Assembly (NCBI GenBank): GCA_038200275.1
Contig: JBBPYC010000025.1
Coordinates: 10,759 to 74,758 of the forward strand
Source of the DNA: Burkholderiales bacterium
Lineage (GTDB): Bacteria > Pseudomonadota > Gammaproteobacteria > Burkholderiales > Burkholderiaceae_C
Direction: 5' to 3'
Length of the DNA stretch: 64,000 nt
Of the stretch, positions 19,424 to 29,419 are shown piece after piece (the stretch's first letter is position 1; each line of letters starts with the position of its first letter). The translations under genes were made by a program, and so were the position numbers. The notes under the pieces were generated by a model. That model searched no databases and had not been told where the DNA came from. It worked only from the letters and a program-made list of their open reading frames with translations.

Positions 19424-20016
19424 AAACTTCGGCTCTCAAGCTCGTGATCATGGACCGTGACGGCACCATCAACGAGGACCGAGACGACTTCGTGAAGTCG
19501 GCCGACGAATGGATCGCGTTGCCTGGCGCGCTGGAAGCGATCGCCAAGTTGAATCATGCGGGCTGGCACGTGGTGGTTGCTTCGAATCAGTCGGGCCTGG
19601 GTCGCGGCTTGTTCGATGTGGCAGCATTGAACGCGATGCACGCCAAGATGTTCAAGCAGCTTGCGGTGCTCGGTGGCCGCATCGACGCGGTGTTCTACTG
19701 CCCGCATACGCCCGATGAGCATTGCGCCTGTCGCAAGCCGCAACCGGGCTTGTACAAGCAGATCGCCGAGCGCTACGGGCTTGATCTGGCGAATGTGCCG
19801 GTGGTCGCTGACAGCGCACGCGATTTGCAGGCCGCCATCGCCGTCGGTGCACCGCCGCACTTGGTGCTCACCGGCAAAGCGGCTGCGTTCGTGCCTGGCG
19901 CGCCGTTGCCGGAGACGTTTCCTGCGCAGACGCAGGTGCACGCCGACCTCAACGAATTCGCTGTGTATCTGAGCGTGCAACAAGAGGCCGCGCTCAAAGG
20001 CTCGGTGGTCAGCTGA
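19420..20016 (+). CDS. gmhB: D-glycero-beta-D-manno-heptose 1,7-bisphosphate 7-phosphatase
   Basis: 198-aa ORF with the HAD motif DRDGTIN and a Zn-binding CPHTPDEHCACRKP. ATGA overlap with glyS. Confidence 0.9.
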   Translation: MKTSALKLVIMDRDGTINEDRDDFVKSADEWIALPGALEAIAKLNHAGWHVVVASNQSGLGRGLFDVAALNAMHAKMFKQLAVLGGRIDAVFYCPHTPDEHCACRKPQPGLYKQIAERYGLDLANVPVVADSARDLQAAIAVGAPPHLVLTGKAAAFVPGAPLPETFPAQTQVHADLNEFAVYLSVQQEAALKGSVVS

Positions 20017-20027
20017 TCCCACGGAGA

Positions 20028-20852
20028 ATGGATACGATAGAACCGAACAAGCAATCCCCGATGGCAGCCCTGCGCTCGATCCTGCATTTCCTCTGGATGG
20101 CGGTCACCGTGATCCCGTGGGCCACCTGCGTGCTCGTGGCTTCGCTGTTTGTGAACAGCACGCGCGTCTACTGGATGTGCGCGGGCTGGCTCACGGTGGC
20201 GGTGCGCGGCGGCGAATGGTTGCTCGGCATCGAGAACCGCGTCACCGGCATGCAGCATCTGCCCCAAGGCGGGCAGGATGCAGCGGTACTGTTGGTCAAG
20301 CACCAGTCGACCTGGGAAACCCTCGTGATGCCGAGCATCATGCCGCACCCGCTTGCTTACGTGTTCAAGCGCGAGCTGCTGCATGTGCCGTTTTTCGGCT
20401 GGGCGATGTCGCGCATGGACATGATCCACATTGACCGCAGCCAGCGTGCACGCGCGTTTGCCAAAGTCGTCGAGCAGGGCAAGCGGCTGACGCGCCAAGG
20501 CACCTGGGTCATCATGTTTCCTGAGGGCACACGCATCGAACGCGGTCAGGTCGGCCAGTACAAGGCGGGCGGCGCGCGGCTTGCAATCGAATGCGGCGTG
20601 CCGGTGATTCCGATCGCGGTCACCTCGGCCAAATGCTGGCCCCGCAAAGCCTGGATCAAGACGCCCGGCGTGGTGGATATTTCGATCGGCCCACCGATCT
20701 CGAGTGAGGGCCGGGAGCCGGACGACCTGATACGCGAAGTGCGCGACTGGATCGAAGCCGAAATGCGACGGCTCGACCCGCAAGCCTATCCGGCCGATCC
20801 GCATGACGCGGCTGCGCCGCCGCCGATCGCGCCTGGCGTAAGCACCCTTTGA
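20028..20852 (+). CDS. plsC: 1-acyl-sn-glycerol-3-phosphate acyltransferase
   Basis: 274-aa ORF with the acyltransferase HX4D-type block (VKHQSTWE) and FPEGTR. Confidence 0.85.
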   Translation: MDTIEPNKQSPMAALRSILHFLWMAVTVIPWATCVLVASLFVNSTRVYWMCAGWLTVAVRGGEWLLGIENRVTGMQHLPQGGQDAAVLLVKHQSTWETLVMPSIMPHPLAYVFKRELLHVPFFGWAMSRMDMIHIDRSQRARAFAKVVEQGKRLTRQGTWVIMFPEGTRIERGQVGQYKAGGARLAIECGVPVIPIAVTSAKCWPRKAWIKTPGVVDISIGPPISSEGREPDDLIREVRDWIEAEMRRLDPQAYPADPHDAAAPPPIAPGVSTL

Positions 20853-21754
20853 TGCGGCGCCTGTTGCAGCTCGCGCTTGACCGACTCGAGCCGGCGTCGG
20901 CGCTGGCTCCGGCGACTGTCCTGCCAGCCCCTCCGCCAGAAGCGGGTCCGGCTCCCGAGTCGACAAAGTCCGTGCGCCCCGCCGGATCGGCTGCGTCGCC
21001 TGGCAAATACCGGCATCCGCGCGCCGATCGCGAAGCGCTGTTGGTGGGTACCGTGGTGGGCTACCAGCTCAAGCGCGCACGCCGACGCACCATCGGATTT
21101 TCGATTCGGGACGACGGCCTGGTTGTCACTGCGCCCGGCTGGGTGCCGGAAGGCCAGATCCAGTCGGCGCTGCACGACAAGGCCGACTGGATCGTGCGCA
21201 AACTCGGCGAATCGCAACTGCGGGCCGAACGCGCCGAGCGGCAACGCATCGTCTGGCAGGACGGCGCGCAGGTGCCTTACCTGGGCGGCTTGCTCACGGT
21301 GCGTATCGACGCAGTCAAATGCCCTTCAGCAGGTGCTGCTGCGCTCGATCCGCAAGACGGCACCATGGTGCTGCGCATTGGGCTGACGGGGGACGCATCG
21401 CCTGAGCGCGTCCGCGATCTGGTGCAGACGTTTTTGCAGTCGCAGGCGGAATGCGTGTTCGAAGCCCGGCTGCGGCACTTCGCACCGCGGGTGGGCGTGC
21501 AGTGGCGACGGCTTGCGCTCAGCGACGCGGCTACGCGATGGGGCAGCGCCAACAGCAACGGCTCGATCCGGCTGCACTGGCGGCTGATTCAGTTGGCCCC
21601 TGCGCTGCTGGACTACGTAGTGGTGCACGAACTCGCGCACCTGAAGCACATGGATCACAGCCCGCGCTTTTGGGCGCTGGTGCGCAGCGTGGTGCCGGAC
21701 TGCGTGGCGTTGCGGCGGCAACTGCAGGCACAGACGTTGGCGCCCTGGAGCTGA
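20849..21754 (+). CDS. YgjP-like (DUF45/M48-type) metal-dependent hydrolase
   Basis: 301-aa ORF with the HExxH-type motif VVHELAHLKHMDHSPRFW. It has a Pro/Ala-rich N-terminal extension. 4-nt overlap with plsC. Confidence 0.75.
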   Translation: MMRRLLQLALDRLEPASALAPATVLPAPPPEAGPAPESTKSVRPAGSAASPGKYRHPRADREALLVGTVVGYQLKRARRRTIGFSIRDDGLVVTAPGWVPEGQIQSALHDKADWIVRKLGESQLRAERAERQRIVWQDGAQVPYLGGLLTVRIDAVKCPSAGAAALDPQDGTMVLRIGLTGDASPERVRDLVQTFLQSQAECVFEARLRHFAPRVGVQWRRLALSDAATRWGSANSNGSIRLHWRLIQLAPALLDYVVVHELAHLKHMDHSPRFWALVRSVVPDCVALRRQLQAQTLAPWS

Positions 21755-21864
21755 GCGGATCGACCGGGGCTTGTCGCGGCGATGTTCGCTCCCGCGTGGA
21801 AATCGACAACAATTCGCGTGGCAGGCAGCACCGCGATGGGCTGCCGTTCCACCCTTTCACTTCC

Positions 21865-22323
21865 ATGCAGCAAGACCCAGCTTCGGACGATCCCCTTTGG
21901 CAGCGGGTTGCTGCAAGTCTTGCGCGCCAGGGGTTGATGCAGCATCTGGGCGCACGGTTGCTGCGAGTTGCGCCGGGCGTCTGCGAAATCGCACTGCCGT
22001 ACTCGGACCGGGTTACGCAGCAGCAAGGCGGTTTTCATGGCGGTGCGATGGGGGCTTTGGCCGACATCGCGGGCGGCTACGCGGCACTGACCCTCGCACC
22101 TGCCGACATGGAAGTCACCACCGTCGAATACAAGATCAATTTCCTGTCCGCATTCCGTGACGGCGAATTGCGTGCAACCGGCCGCGTCGTGAAAGCCGGC
22201 CGGCGCATCGTGGTGACAGCCGCTGAAGTGCTGCATTTCGCACCCGACGCAGCAGCCGACCATGCCGGCAACGTCTGCGCCGTGATGCAGCAGACGCTGG
22301 TGCCGGTGGCCAAAACCTACTGA
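21865..22323 (+). CDS. PaaI-family (hotdog fold) thioesterase
   Basis: ORF 21451..22323 trimmed to ATG 21865 ([12 protein letters not shown]...). The [17 protein letters not shown] motif is typical of the PaaI/YigI type. Confidence 0.75.
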   Translation: MQQDPASDDPLWQRVAASLARQGLMQHLGARLLRVAPGVCEIALPYSDRVTQQQGGFHGGAMGALADIAGGYAALTLAPADMEVTTVEYKINFLSAFRDGELRATGRVVKAGRRIVVTAAEVLHFAPDAAADHAGNVCAVMQQTLVPVAKTY

Positions 22324-22351
22324 ATCCAAAAAAGCGAGGAGACCTTTGACC

Positions 22352-23530
22352 ATGAACCTGTCCGGACTCAACTTCCTGCTCGGCGACGACGTCGATGCGC
22401 TGCGCGATGCGGTGCACGCATTCGCGCAGCGAGAAATTGCGCCGCGTGCGGCCGAGATCGACAAAACCGACCAGTTCCCGATGGACCTGTGGCGCAAGAT
22501 GGGCGATATCGGTGTGCTCGGCATCACGGTGCCTGAGGAGTACGGCGGCTCCGACATGGGCTACCTCGCACACATGATCGCGGTGGAAGAAATCTCGCGC
22601 GCCTCGGCCAGCGTGGGCTTGTCGTACGGCGCGCACAGCAACTTGTGCGTGAACCAGATCCGCCGCAACGGCACCAGCGAACAGCGCAGAAAATACCTGC
22701 CCAAGCTCGTCAGCGGCGAGCACATCGGAGCGCTGGCGATGAGCGAGCCCGGCGCCGGCAGCGACGTGATCTCGATGAAGCTGAAAGCACAGGACAAGGG
22801 CGGCCACTACCTGTTGAACGGCACCAAGATGTGGATCACGAACGGGCCGGATGCCGACACGATGGTGGTCTATGCGAAGACCGAGCCCGAGTTGAACGCG
22901 CGCGGCATCACCGCGTTCATCGTCGAGAAGGGCATGAAAGGGTTTTCCACTGCGCAAAAGCTCGACAAGCTCGGTATGCGCGGCAGCCACACGGGCGAGA
23001 TGGTGTTCGAGAACGTCGAAGTGCCGGCCGCCAATGTGCTGGGTGAGTTGAACGGCGGCGCCAAGGTGTTGATGAGCGGCCTCGACTACGAGCGCGCGGT
23101 GCTGGCGGCCGGCCCGGTTGGGATCATGCAGGCGGTGCTCGACAACGTGGTGCCGTACATCCACGACCGCAAGCAGTTCGGCCAGAGCATCGGCGAATTT
23201 CAGCTCGTGCAGGGCAAGGTGGCCGACATGTATACGTCGCTGCAATCCACGCGCGCGTATTTGTACGCGGTGGGCAAGAACCTGGATGCGCTCGGCAACA
23301 CGCACGTGCGCGAGGTGCGCAAGGACTGCGCAAGCCTGGTGCTGCTGTGCGCTGAGCAGGCCACCAAAGTGGCCAGCGACGGCATTCAGCTGTTCGGTGG
23401 CAACGGCTACATCAACGACTATCCGCTGGGCCGCCTCTGGCGCGATGCCAAGCTGTATGAAATCGGCGCTGGCACCAGCGAGATCCGCCGCATGCTCATC
23501 GGCCGAGAGCTGTTCGCCGAGACGATGTAG
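22352..23530 (+). CDS. liuA: isovaleryl-CoA dehydrogenase
   Basis: The ORF is trimmed to ATG 22352, which is preceded by GCGAGGAG. High similarity by eye to IVD ([40 protein letters not shown]). Confidence 0.9.
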   Translation: MNLSGLNFLLGDDVDALRDAVHAFAQREIAPRAAEIDKTDQFPMDLWRKMGDIGVLGITVPEEYGGSDMGYLAHMIAVEEISRASASVGLSYGAHSNLCVNQIRRNGTSEQRRKYLPKLVSGEHIGALAMSEPGAGSDVISMKLKAQDKGGHYLLNGTKMWITNGPDADTMVVYAKTEPELNARGITAFIVEKGMKGFSTAQKLDKLGMRGSHTGEMVFENVEVPAANVLGELNGGAKVLMSGLDYERAVLAAGPVGIMQAVLDNVVPYIHDRKQFGQSIGEFQLVQGKVADMYTSLQSTRAYLYAVGKNLDALGNTHVREVRKDCASLVLLCAEQATKVASDGIQLFGGNGYINDYPLGRLWRDAKLYEIGAGTSEIRRMLIGRELFAETM

Positions 23531-23557
23531 GCACGGCGCTTCAGAGAGCAGCCTGCT

Positions 23558-23944
23558 TCAATCGACTTCGGCGGTGTGCGGGAATGCAATCTCGATCCGG
23601 TCGAAATCCGGATCGGCCGCCAGATGCTGCGCGAACAGCGCGATCAGGTGCTCAGCGCTGCCGAGCCAGGGTGATGCAACGCGAGCGAGCGCGATCGACA
23701 AGCCCGTTGCGCTCTCAAGCTGGCGCTTCGAGCCGACCAGGCGGTGATGCCTGACTTCGAGTTGAAAGTGCAGCCGCTCAACGGCGCCCGACGCGGTCTG
23801 GTGCGCAATCTGGCCTTCAGCGACAGTTGTGCCATCCTGGTGGTCGATCGCCATCGGCAATAGATCGAGCGGATGTTCGCCAATCGTCAGACCGCAGACG
23901 GCAACGCCGCGGACTGCTGACTTGATTGCGGATTCAATTTTCAT
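23558..23944 (-). CDS. hypothetical protein (128 aa)
   Basis: The ORF has reasonable third-position GC on hand inspection. No family was recognised. Convergent with liuA. Confidence 0.4.
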   Translation of the reverse strand: MKIESAIKSAVRGVAVCGLTIGEHPLDLLPMAIDHQDGTTVAEGQIAHQTASGAVERLHFQLEVRHHRLVGSKRQLESATGLSIALARVASPWLGSAEHLIALFAQHLAADPDFDRIEIAFPHTAEVD

Positions 23945-24343
23945 CGGTGTGGGCCTTGGGGTGAGTTTGAAAAAGGACAGCCATCAAACCACGGATCATC
24001 GGCCTTCCAGCCAATACAGTACAGCGGCAGGGTGACGGATCACTTGGAATCAAGTCGCTTGCTCCTGACGTGTCTCCGAGGCCAAACCGACAGACCAACG
24101 GTCCCGCATGGCGCCTTGTTGGGCACTGCCACGCGAATAGGCAGCGCACCGATCATCGGATGTGCTCAGGTTGATCAGGGTGAAAAGCGTGCGGCACGCT
24201 GCCGATGCCAGTGCGCCTGCGCGGGCGACGTCAAAATGCGCTTGCTCCGCCGAACCGGCAATCCCCCTGCCTGCTGCGTGATCGTTTGCGATCGTGGCCG
24301 CGCAGGCCGCGGTACAACCCAAGCCAATCCCCAACCGAACTTG

Positions 24344-24913
24344 ATGGCCATGAGCACCGAACGCGACCGAATGATTGCCGGCGAACGCTACGACCCGCGC
24401 GACGCGACGCTGGCGGCCGATCGTGCGCGCGCGCGCGACTTCTGCTGGGCGTTGAATGCCACAGCCGATAGTCAGCTCGATGAACGGCGACGGTTGCTCA
24501 CCAATCTGTTCGGCGCCGGAGGCGACACGGCATCCATTCAGTCGCCGTTCTATTGCGATTACGGCTACAACATTGCGCTTGGCGAACGGGTCTACTTCAA
24601 CTTCAATTGTGTGGTGCTGGACGTGTGCCCAGTGCACATCGGCAGCTTTTCGATGTTCGGCCCGGCGGTGCAAATCTACACCGCGCTGCATCCGCTCGAT
24701 GCGGTGGAGCGGCGTGGCAAGGAATACGGCAAGCCAGTCCGAATCGGCTCGGACGTCTGGATCGGCGGCGGCGCGATCATTCAGCCGGGCGTGACGATCG
24801 GTTCGCGCACGGTGATCGGTGCTGGCAGTGTGGTCACGCGGGACATCCCGGACGACGTGGTCGCAGTCGGCAATCCGTGCCGGGTGCTGCGGGCAATTCC
24901 GCGCGCCAGCTGA
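24344..24913 (+). CDS. sugar O-acetyltransferase (maltose/galactoside acetyltransferase-like, hexapeptide repeat)
   Basis: ORF 24032..24913 trimmed to ATG 24344 (MAMSTERDRMIAGERYDP...). It has a Mac-type N-terminus and left-handed beta-helix repeats (IGSDVWIGGGAIIQPGVTIGSRTVIGAGSVV). Confidence 0.85.
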   Translation: MAMSTERDRMIAGERYDPRDATLAADRARARDFCWALNATADSQLDERRRLLTNLFGAGGDTASIQSPFYCDYGYNIALGERVYFNFNCVVLDVCPVHIGSFSMFGPAVQIYTALHPLDAVERRGKEYGKPVRIGSDVWIGGGAIIQPGVTIGSRTVIGAGSVVTRDIPDDVVAVGNPCRVLRAIPRAS

Positions 24914-24945
24914 CCCGCCAGCCTCAAGCGAACCCGGCAACCCCG

Positions 24946-25879
24946 ATGGACCGCCTGCTGTCAATGCGCACGTTTGCCGAAGTGGTGAATCAGGGCGGCT
25001 TCGCGCAGTCTGGAGCTATCGCCAGCGGTTGTCACGCGGCTGGTCGGGGACCTCGAAGCGCATCTGGGCACGCGGCTGCTGCAACGCACTACGCGCCGCG
25101 TTGCCCTCACCGAAGCGGGTAACGCGTACCTGGCGCGCCTGCGGCCGATCCTGGCCGATCTGGACGAAGCGGAGCAACTCGCGCAGGCGCAGACCGTATT
25201 GATGAGTGGCACCATCCGGATCGCTGCCACGCCGTCGCTTGCGCTGCACCTGCTGGCGCCGCTGGCGGCCGAGTTCCGCATCGAGCACCCGCAGGTCACG
25301 CTCGACGTGCATGTGGAGATATCGGCAGAGGCCTTTGTGGAGGATTTCGACCTGACGCTGCTGGTGGCGGACTCGACGTTCGACGCCGCCGTGGTTGCGC
25401 GTCGGCTGATCGATGCGGACAAGCTGCTTTGCGCGGCGCCGCGTCATCTGCAGTGGTTCGGCACGCCAAAGGCGCCAGCCGATTTGTCCAAGCACCCGGC
25501 CGTGACGCTGAAAATCCCGACCATGCCGGTTGGCGGAAGCTGGCGGATCGAGCGGATCGCCGATGCAGTCGTCGTCGAAGTCGCCATGCAAAACGCCTTC
25601 GTGAGCAACCACGTCGAGGTGTTGCTGCGTGCGGTGCTGGACGGCTGCGGCATTGGCGCGCTGCCGGTGCATCTGGTGGCGCCGTACATCGCACGTGGCG
25701 AACTGGTGCACGTGCTGCCGGGCTGGCGCACCGGCCACAGCGTGGTCTACGCGGCGCTGCCGAGCCGCAAGTTCCTGCCAGCGCGGACGCGTGCGTTGCT
25801 CGATTTTCTGCTCAAGCACACGCACTCGTTGCGCGATGAGCCACCAGCACCCCGGGTGTGGATGCAGATCGGGTGCTGA
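24946..25879 (+). pseudogene. LysR-family transcriptional regulator, frameshifted inside the winged-HTH
   Basis: Frame 1 from ATG 24946 reads MDRLLSMRTFAEVVNQGGFAQS... and then becomes nonsense up to a stop at 25122. The +1 frame opens after the TGA at 24986 and reads SLELSPAVVTRLVGDLEAHLGTRLLQRTTRRVALTEAGNAYL..., continuing into the complete effector domain (ORF 25199..25879). About 3-4 residues of the GGFAxAARxLxLSP consensus are missing. Confidence 0.7.
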
Positions 25880-26115
25880 CCCGCTGCAGCGGCAGAGTTC
25901 CGCTCTATTAGACTCAATTTTGACAATTATTAATTGCTTTAAAAGCAGTTTCTATATGAAATCTGCAATAGTAAAGTTCACCCCATCGATGAGCCGAACC
26001 CACAGTCGACCGACTCACCGAGGCTGGACAGACGGGATCAACGAAGCCCGCCCTCGCCCGGGAAACTTTTCAATCGACTTCAAGTCAGTGAACTTTATTT
26101 TTGCAGGACATCATC

Positions 26116-26574
26116 ATGAACACGAAATTCGCATCCACTCTCGTCATCGCTGCCGCCCTGGGCGCTTCCAGCAGCTTTGCCTTTGGCACCAGCAGCGACA
26201 ACGGTGCCTGGTCGGCTGGTAACGGCAGCCCGGTTGCGTTGAATCCGAACGGCGACACCGTCACCCAGCCGGCATTCCAGAGCATTGCCAGCCGCGGCCA
26301 GGTCAGCAGCGGCGTTGCGCAAAACCGCGCCGTGCTGACGGCTGTGGCGATCAATCCGCAAGGCACGACCGTGGTCGAGCAGTCCGGCTTCCATGCCGAG
26401 CAAAGCCGTGCCGCTGTGGCACAGAGCGTGGCACGCGACCGCACCGTGCTGTCGGCCGTGGCGCTGAACCCGAACGGCGACGACGCACTGCCCCCATCGA
26501 CTGCGCAACGCCTTGTGACCCAGCAGCCGTTGCTGGCCACCAGCGGGCGCAGCAGCCGCTTTGGCGCTGAATAA
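26116..26574 (+). CDS. small secreted repeat protein (possibly DUF4148-like)
   Basis: The start is trimmed to MNTKFASTLVIAAALGASSSFA (signal peptide). Two repeats of about 25 aa are present: SRGQVSSGVAQNRAVLTAVAINPQG and SRAAVAQSVARDRTVLSAVALNPNG. The family assignment is tentative. Confidence 0.6.
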   Translation: MNTKFASTLVIAAALGASSSFAFGTSSDNGAWSAGNGSPVALNPNGDTVTQPAFQSIASRGQVSSGVAQNRAVLTAVAINPQGTTVVEQSGFHAEQSRAAVAQSVARDRTVLSAVALNPNGDDALPPSTAQRLVTQQPLLATSGRSSRFGAE

Positions 26575-26601
26575 CGCGATCTGCGGTTCAACCCACTCAA
26601 A

Positions 26602-26630
26602 CCCGCCGGCGACCCCGGCGGGTTTTTTTT
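26602..26630 (+). terminator. rho-independent terminator
   Basis: The stem CCCGCCGG (26602-26609) / CCGGCGGG (26615-26622) has a 5-nt loop and is followed by T8 (26623-30), 28 nt after the stop of the secreted-protein gene. Confidence 0.8.
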
Positions 26631-26683
26631 CGACTGTCACTTGCAAGTCGCTGCGTCGCCACACGCGCGGCACAATCGCAGCC

Positions 26684-27361
26684 ATGCCTTCTCCGATCGA
26701 TCACCTTCTGTCCAACAACCGCGCCTGGGCCACCACCATGGAGGCACAGCGGCCCGGGTTTTTCAGCCGACTGGCGCAGCAGCAGTCACCCAAATACCTG
26801 TGGATCGGCTGCGCCGACAGCCGGGTGCCGGCCAACGAGATCACCGGGCTCGATCCCGGCGAAGTGTTCGTGCACCGCAACATCGCGAACCTGATCGTGC
26901 ATTCGGACCTGAACGCGCTGTCGGTGATCCAGTTCGCAGTCGATCGTCTGCAGGTCGAACACATCATGGTGGTCGGCCATTACGGCTGTGCGGGGGTGCG
27001 CGCCGCGATGCAAGACACCCGCGTCGGCTTGGCCGACAACTGGCTGCGCCATCTGCGCGACGTGCGGCTGCGCCACCGCGGCCGCATCGAACACCTGCCT
27101 GAGCCCGAGCGTGAGAACGCGTTGTGCGAGGTCAACGTGATCGAGCAGGTCGGCAACGTCGCCTGTTCGACGGTGCTGCAGGACGCCTGGTCGCGTGGGC
27201 AGGACGTGACGGTGCACGGCTGGGTCTACGGCGTGCACGACGGACTGCTGAAAGACCTCGACGTGAGCATGAAGCTCGGCGACGAGCCGGTGCAGGTGTT
27301 TGCGAATGCGCTGAAGCGTTACCCGCGTGGGCCGGCGACCGACGCTGTGTTGCCCGCATGA
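26684..27361 (+). CDS. can: beta-class carbonic anhydrase
   Basis: ORF 26561..27361 trimmed to ATG 26684 ([15 protein letters not shown]). Zn-ligand contexts are present: [10 protein letters not shown] and [10 protein letters not shown]. Confidence 0.9.
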   Translation: MPSPIDHLLSNNRAWATTMEAQRPGFFSRLAQQQSPKYLWIGCADSRVPANEITGLDPGEVFVHRNIANLIVHSDLNALSVIQFAVDRLQVEHIMVVGHYGCAGVRAAMQDTRVGLADNWLRHLRDVRLRHRGRIEHLPEPERENALCEVNVIEQVGNVACSTVLQDAWSRGQDVTVHGWVYGVHDGLLKDLDVSMKLGDEPVQVFANALKRYPRGPATDAVLPA

Positions 27362-29238
27362 ACAGCCACAACGCAGCGGTGTTTCCGCAGCGACTCGATT
27401 CGCCGCTGGCTTATGAAATCGCGAAGGCGATGATGGACGGCTTCAACCGGCACTATCAGCTGTTCCGCAGCGAATCCGCGCGTGCCAAGCAACGTTTCGA
27501 GACCGCCGACTGGCACGCGCAACAACGCGCCCAGCGCGAGCGCATCGAGTTCTACGACCTGCGCGTGCGCGAGTGCGAACGCCGGCTGGAAAAAGAGTTT
27601 CATGCGGATGACCAGCCGATGGATGTCTGGCACCAGATCAAGCTGCATTACATCGGTTTGCTCGTGAACCACCTGCAGCCTGAGTTGGCCGAGACGTTCT
27701 TCAATTCGGTCACGACGAAGATCCTGCACCGCACGCACTTTCACAACGACTTCATCTTCGTGCGGCCGGCCGTCAGCACCGAATACATCGAAAACGATCT
27801 GCGCGAAGCCAAGCCGACCTATCGCGCCTATTACCCGGCGCAGGGCGACTTGGCCGACACGACACGCGCACTGCTGGAAGACTTCGATCTGCAGTGCGCT
27901 TTTGAAGACCTGAATGCCGATGCGCAGCAGGTCGCTCGGGCGATGAATTCCCGTCTGGGCAAAGTCAAGCTGCGCGCGAACTTTCAGTTGCAGGTCCTGA
28001 CGAGCCTGTTCTATCGCAATAAGGGCGCTTACGCGGTCGGCAAGATCATCAACGGCTTTGGTGAGATTCCGTTTGCGCTGCCGATCCTGCACAGCAACGG
28101 CGCCAAGGTATCAATCGACGCGGTGCTGTTCGGCGAAGACGATCTGCAAATGCTGTTCTCCTTTGCGCGCGCCTACTTCATGGTGGACATGGCGATACCG
28201 TCGGCTTATGTGCAGTTCCTGCGCTCGCTGATGCCGCGCAAGCCGCGTGGCGAGATCTATAACGCATTGGGTCTGGCCAAACAGGGCAAGACGCTGTTCT
28301 ACCGCGACTTCCTCTACCACCTGCGCCATTCGACCGACATGTTCCGCATCGCGCCCGGCATCAAGGGCATGGTCATGCTGGTGTTCGACCTGCCTTCGTT
28401 CCCCTACGTGTTCAAGGTCATCAAGGACTACTATCCGCCGCAAAAGGACACCACGCGCGAGCAGATCAAGGGCAAGTATCAACTCGTGAAGCGGCACGAC
28501 CGGGTGGGCCGCATGGCGGATACGCTGGAGTACAGCGAAGTCGCGTTTCCGCGCGCGCGCTTCACCGATGAGCTGATCGCCGAGATCGAGCAGTTCGCGC
28601 CGAGCCAGCTCGAGATCAGCGACCGCGACGGCGACGGCCAGACCGAGGTGATCCTGAAGCATGTCTACATCGAACGCCGCATGATTCCGCTCAACATCTA
28701 TCTGCAGGAAGCGTTCGACGCCGGGCTGGACGACCCGCACGCCAAGCGCCAGATCGAACGCAGCGTGATCGAATACGGCAACGCGATCAAGGACTTGGTG
28801 GCCGCCAACATCTTCCCCGGCGACATGCTGTGGAAGAACTTCGGCATTACGCGCAACGGCAAGGTCGTGTTCTACGACTACGACGAGATCGAATACATCA
28901 CCGAGAGCAACTTCCGCAAGGTGCCGAAGGCCCGCAATGAAGAAGACGAGATGAGCGGCGAGATCTGGTACTCGGTCGGCAAGCACGACGTGTTCCCCGA
29001 GACGTTCGGCCCGTTCTTGCTGGGCAACGATGCGGTGCGCGAAGTGTTCATGCAGCACCATGCTGATCTGCTCGACGTGAGCTTTTGGCAGCAGCACAAG
29101 GACCGGATCAAGGCAGGCCATGTGTTCGACGTGTTTCCCTATGAGCAGAGCAAGCGCTTTGCGGTGCGGGGCCACGCGACCAAGGCGCAGCCAGAAGTCG
29201 GAACGGCTTTAAGCGACTCGACCCATGTGATCGGCTGA
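27358..29238 (+). CDS. aceK: isocitrate dehydrogenase kinase/phosphatase
   Basis: ORF 27124..29238 trimmed to ATG 27358 ([33 protein letters not shown]...). AceK-typical throughout. ATGA overlap with the can stop. Confidence 0.95.
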   Translation: MNSHNAAVFPQRLDSPLAYEIAKAMMDGFNRHYQLFRSESARAKQRFETADWHAQQRAQRERIEFYDLRVRECERRLEKEFHADDQPMDVWHQIKLHYIGLLVNHLQPELAETFFNSVTTKILHRTHFHNDFIFVRPAVSTEYIENDLREAKPTYRAYYPAQGDLADTTRALLEDFDLQCAFEDLNADAQQVARAMNSRLGKVKLRANFQLQVLTSLFYRNKGAYAVGKIINGFGEIPFALPILHSNGAKVSIDAVLFGEDDLQMLFSFARAYFMVDMAIPSAYVQFLRSLMPRKPRGEIYNALGLAKQGKTLFYRDFLYHLRHSTDMFRIAPGIKGMVMLVFDLPSFPYVFKVIKDYYPPQKDTTREQIKGKYQLVKRHDRVGRMADTLEYSEVAFPRARFTDELIAEIEQFAPSQLEISDRDGDGQTEVILKHVYIERRMIPLNIYLQEAFDAGLDDPHAKRQIERSVIEYGNAIKDLVAANIFPGDMLWKNFGITRNGKVVFYDYDEIEYITESNFRKVPKARNEEDEMSGEIWYSVGKHDVFPETFGPFLLGNDAVREVFMQHHADLLDVSFWQQHKDRIKAGHVFDVFPYEQSKRFAVRGHATKAQPEVGTALSDSTHVIG

Positions 29239-29419
29239 AATCGTGCCGCAGCGGGCCATCGGGTGCGGGGGGACAGGAGCGTATGGAAAGCTTGCCTGTG
29301 TCCGGACGCCAACCGCGCCGGCCTAGGCTGCCGGCATCGGATACTTGCCGCGTCCCGCTGCACGGCATGGCAGCGCGTGAAACACCTGGATGAACCCCGA
29401 ACAAGGAGCCCGATTCCCG

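Noticed and set aside
23558-23944. The idea that the 128-aa protein is a dihydroneopterin aldolase (FolB) or other T-fold protein.
   Set aside because: On comparison with remembered FolB sequences I could not align any conserved motif, so I kept it as hypothetical.
23945-24343. A 400-nt gap between the hypothetical gene and the acetyltransferase gene. The minus-strand frame reads ...TIANDHAAGRGIAGSAEQAHFDVARAGALASAA..., which faintly resembles the C-terminal GxIGxSG...D...AxAG motif of GlcG/DUF336 proteins.
   Set aside because: There is no start codon. A full-length gene would have to overlap the acetyltransferase gene by more than 150 nt. Third-position GC is only about 65%, and the similarity is one short motif recalled from memory. 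At most it is a decayed remnant.
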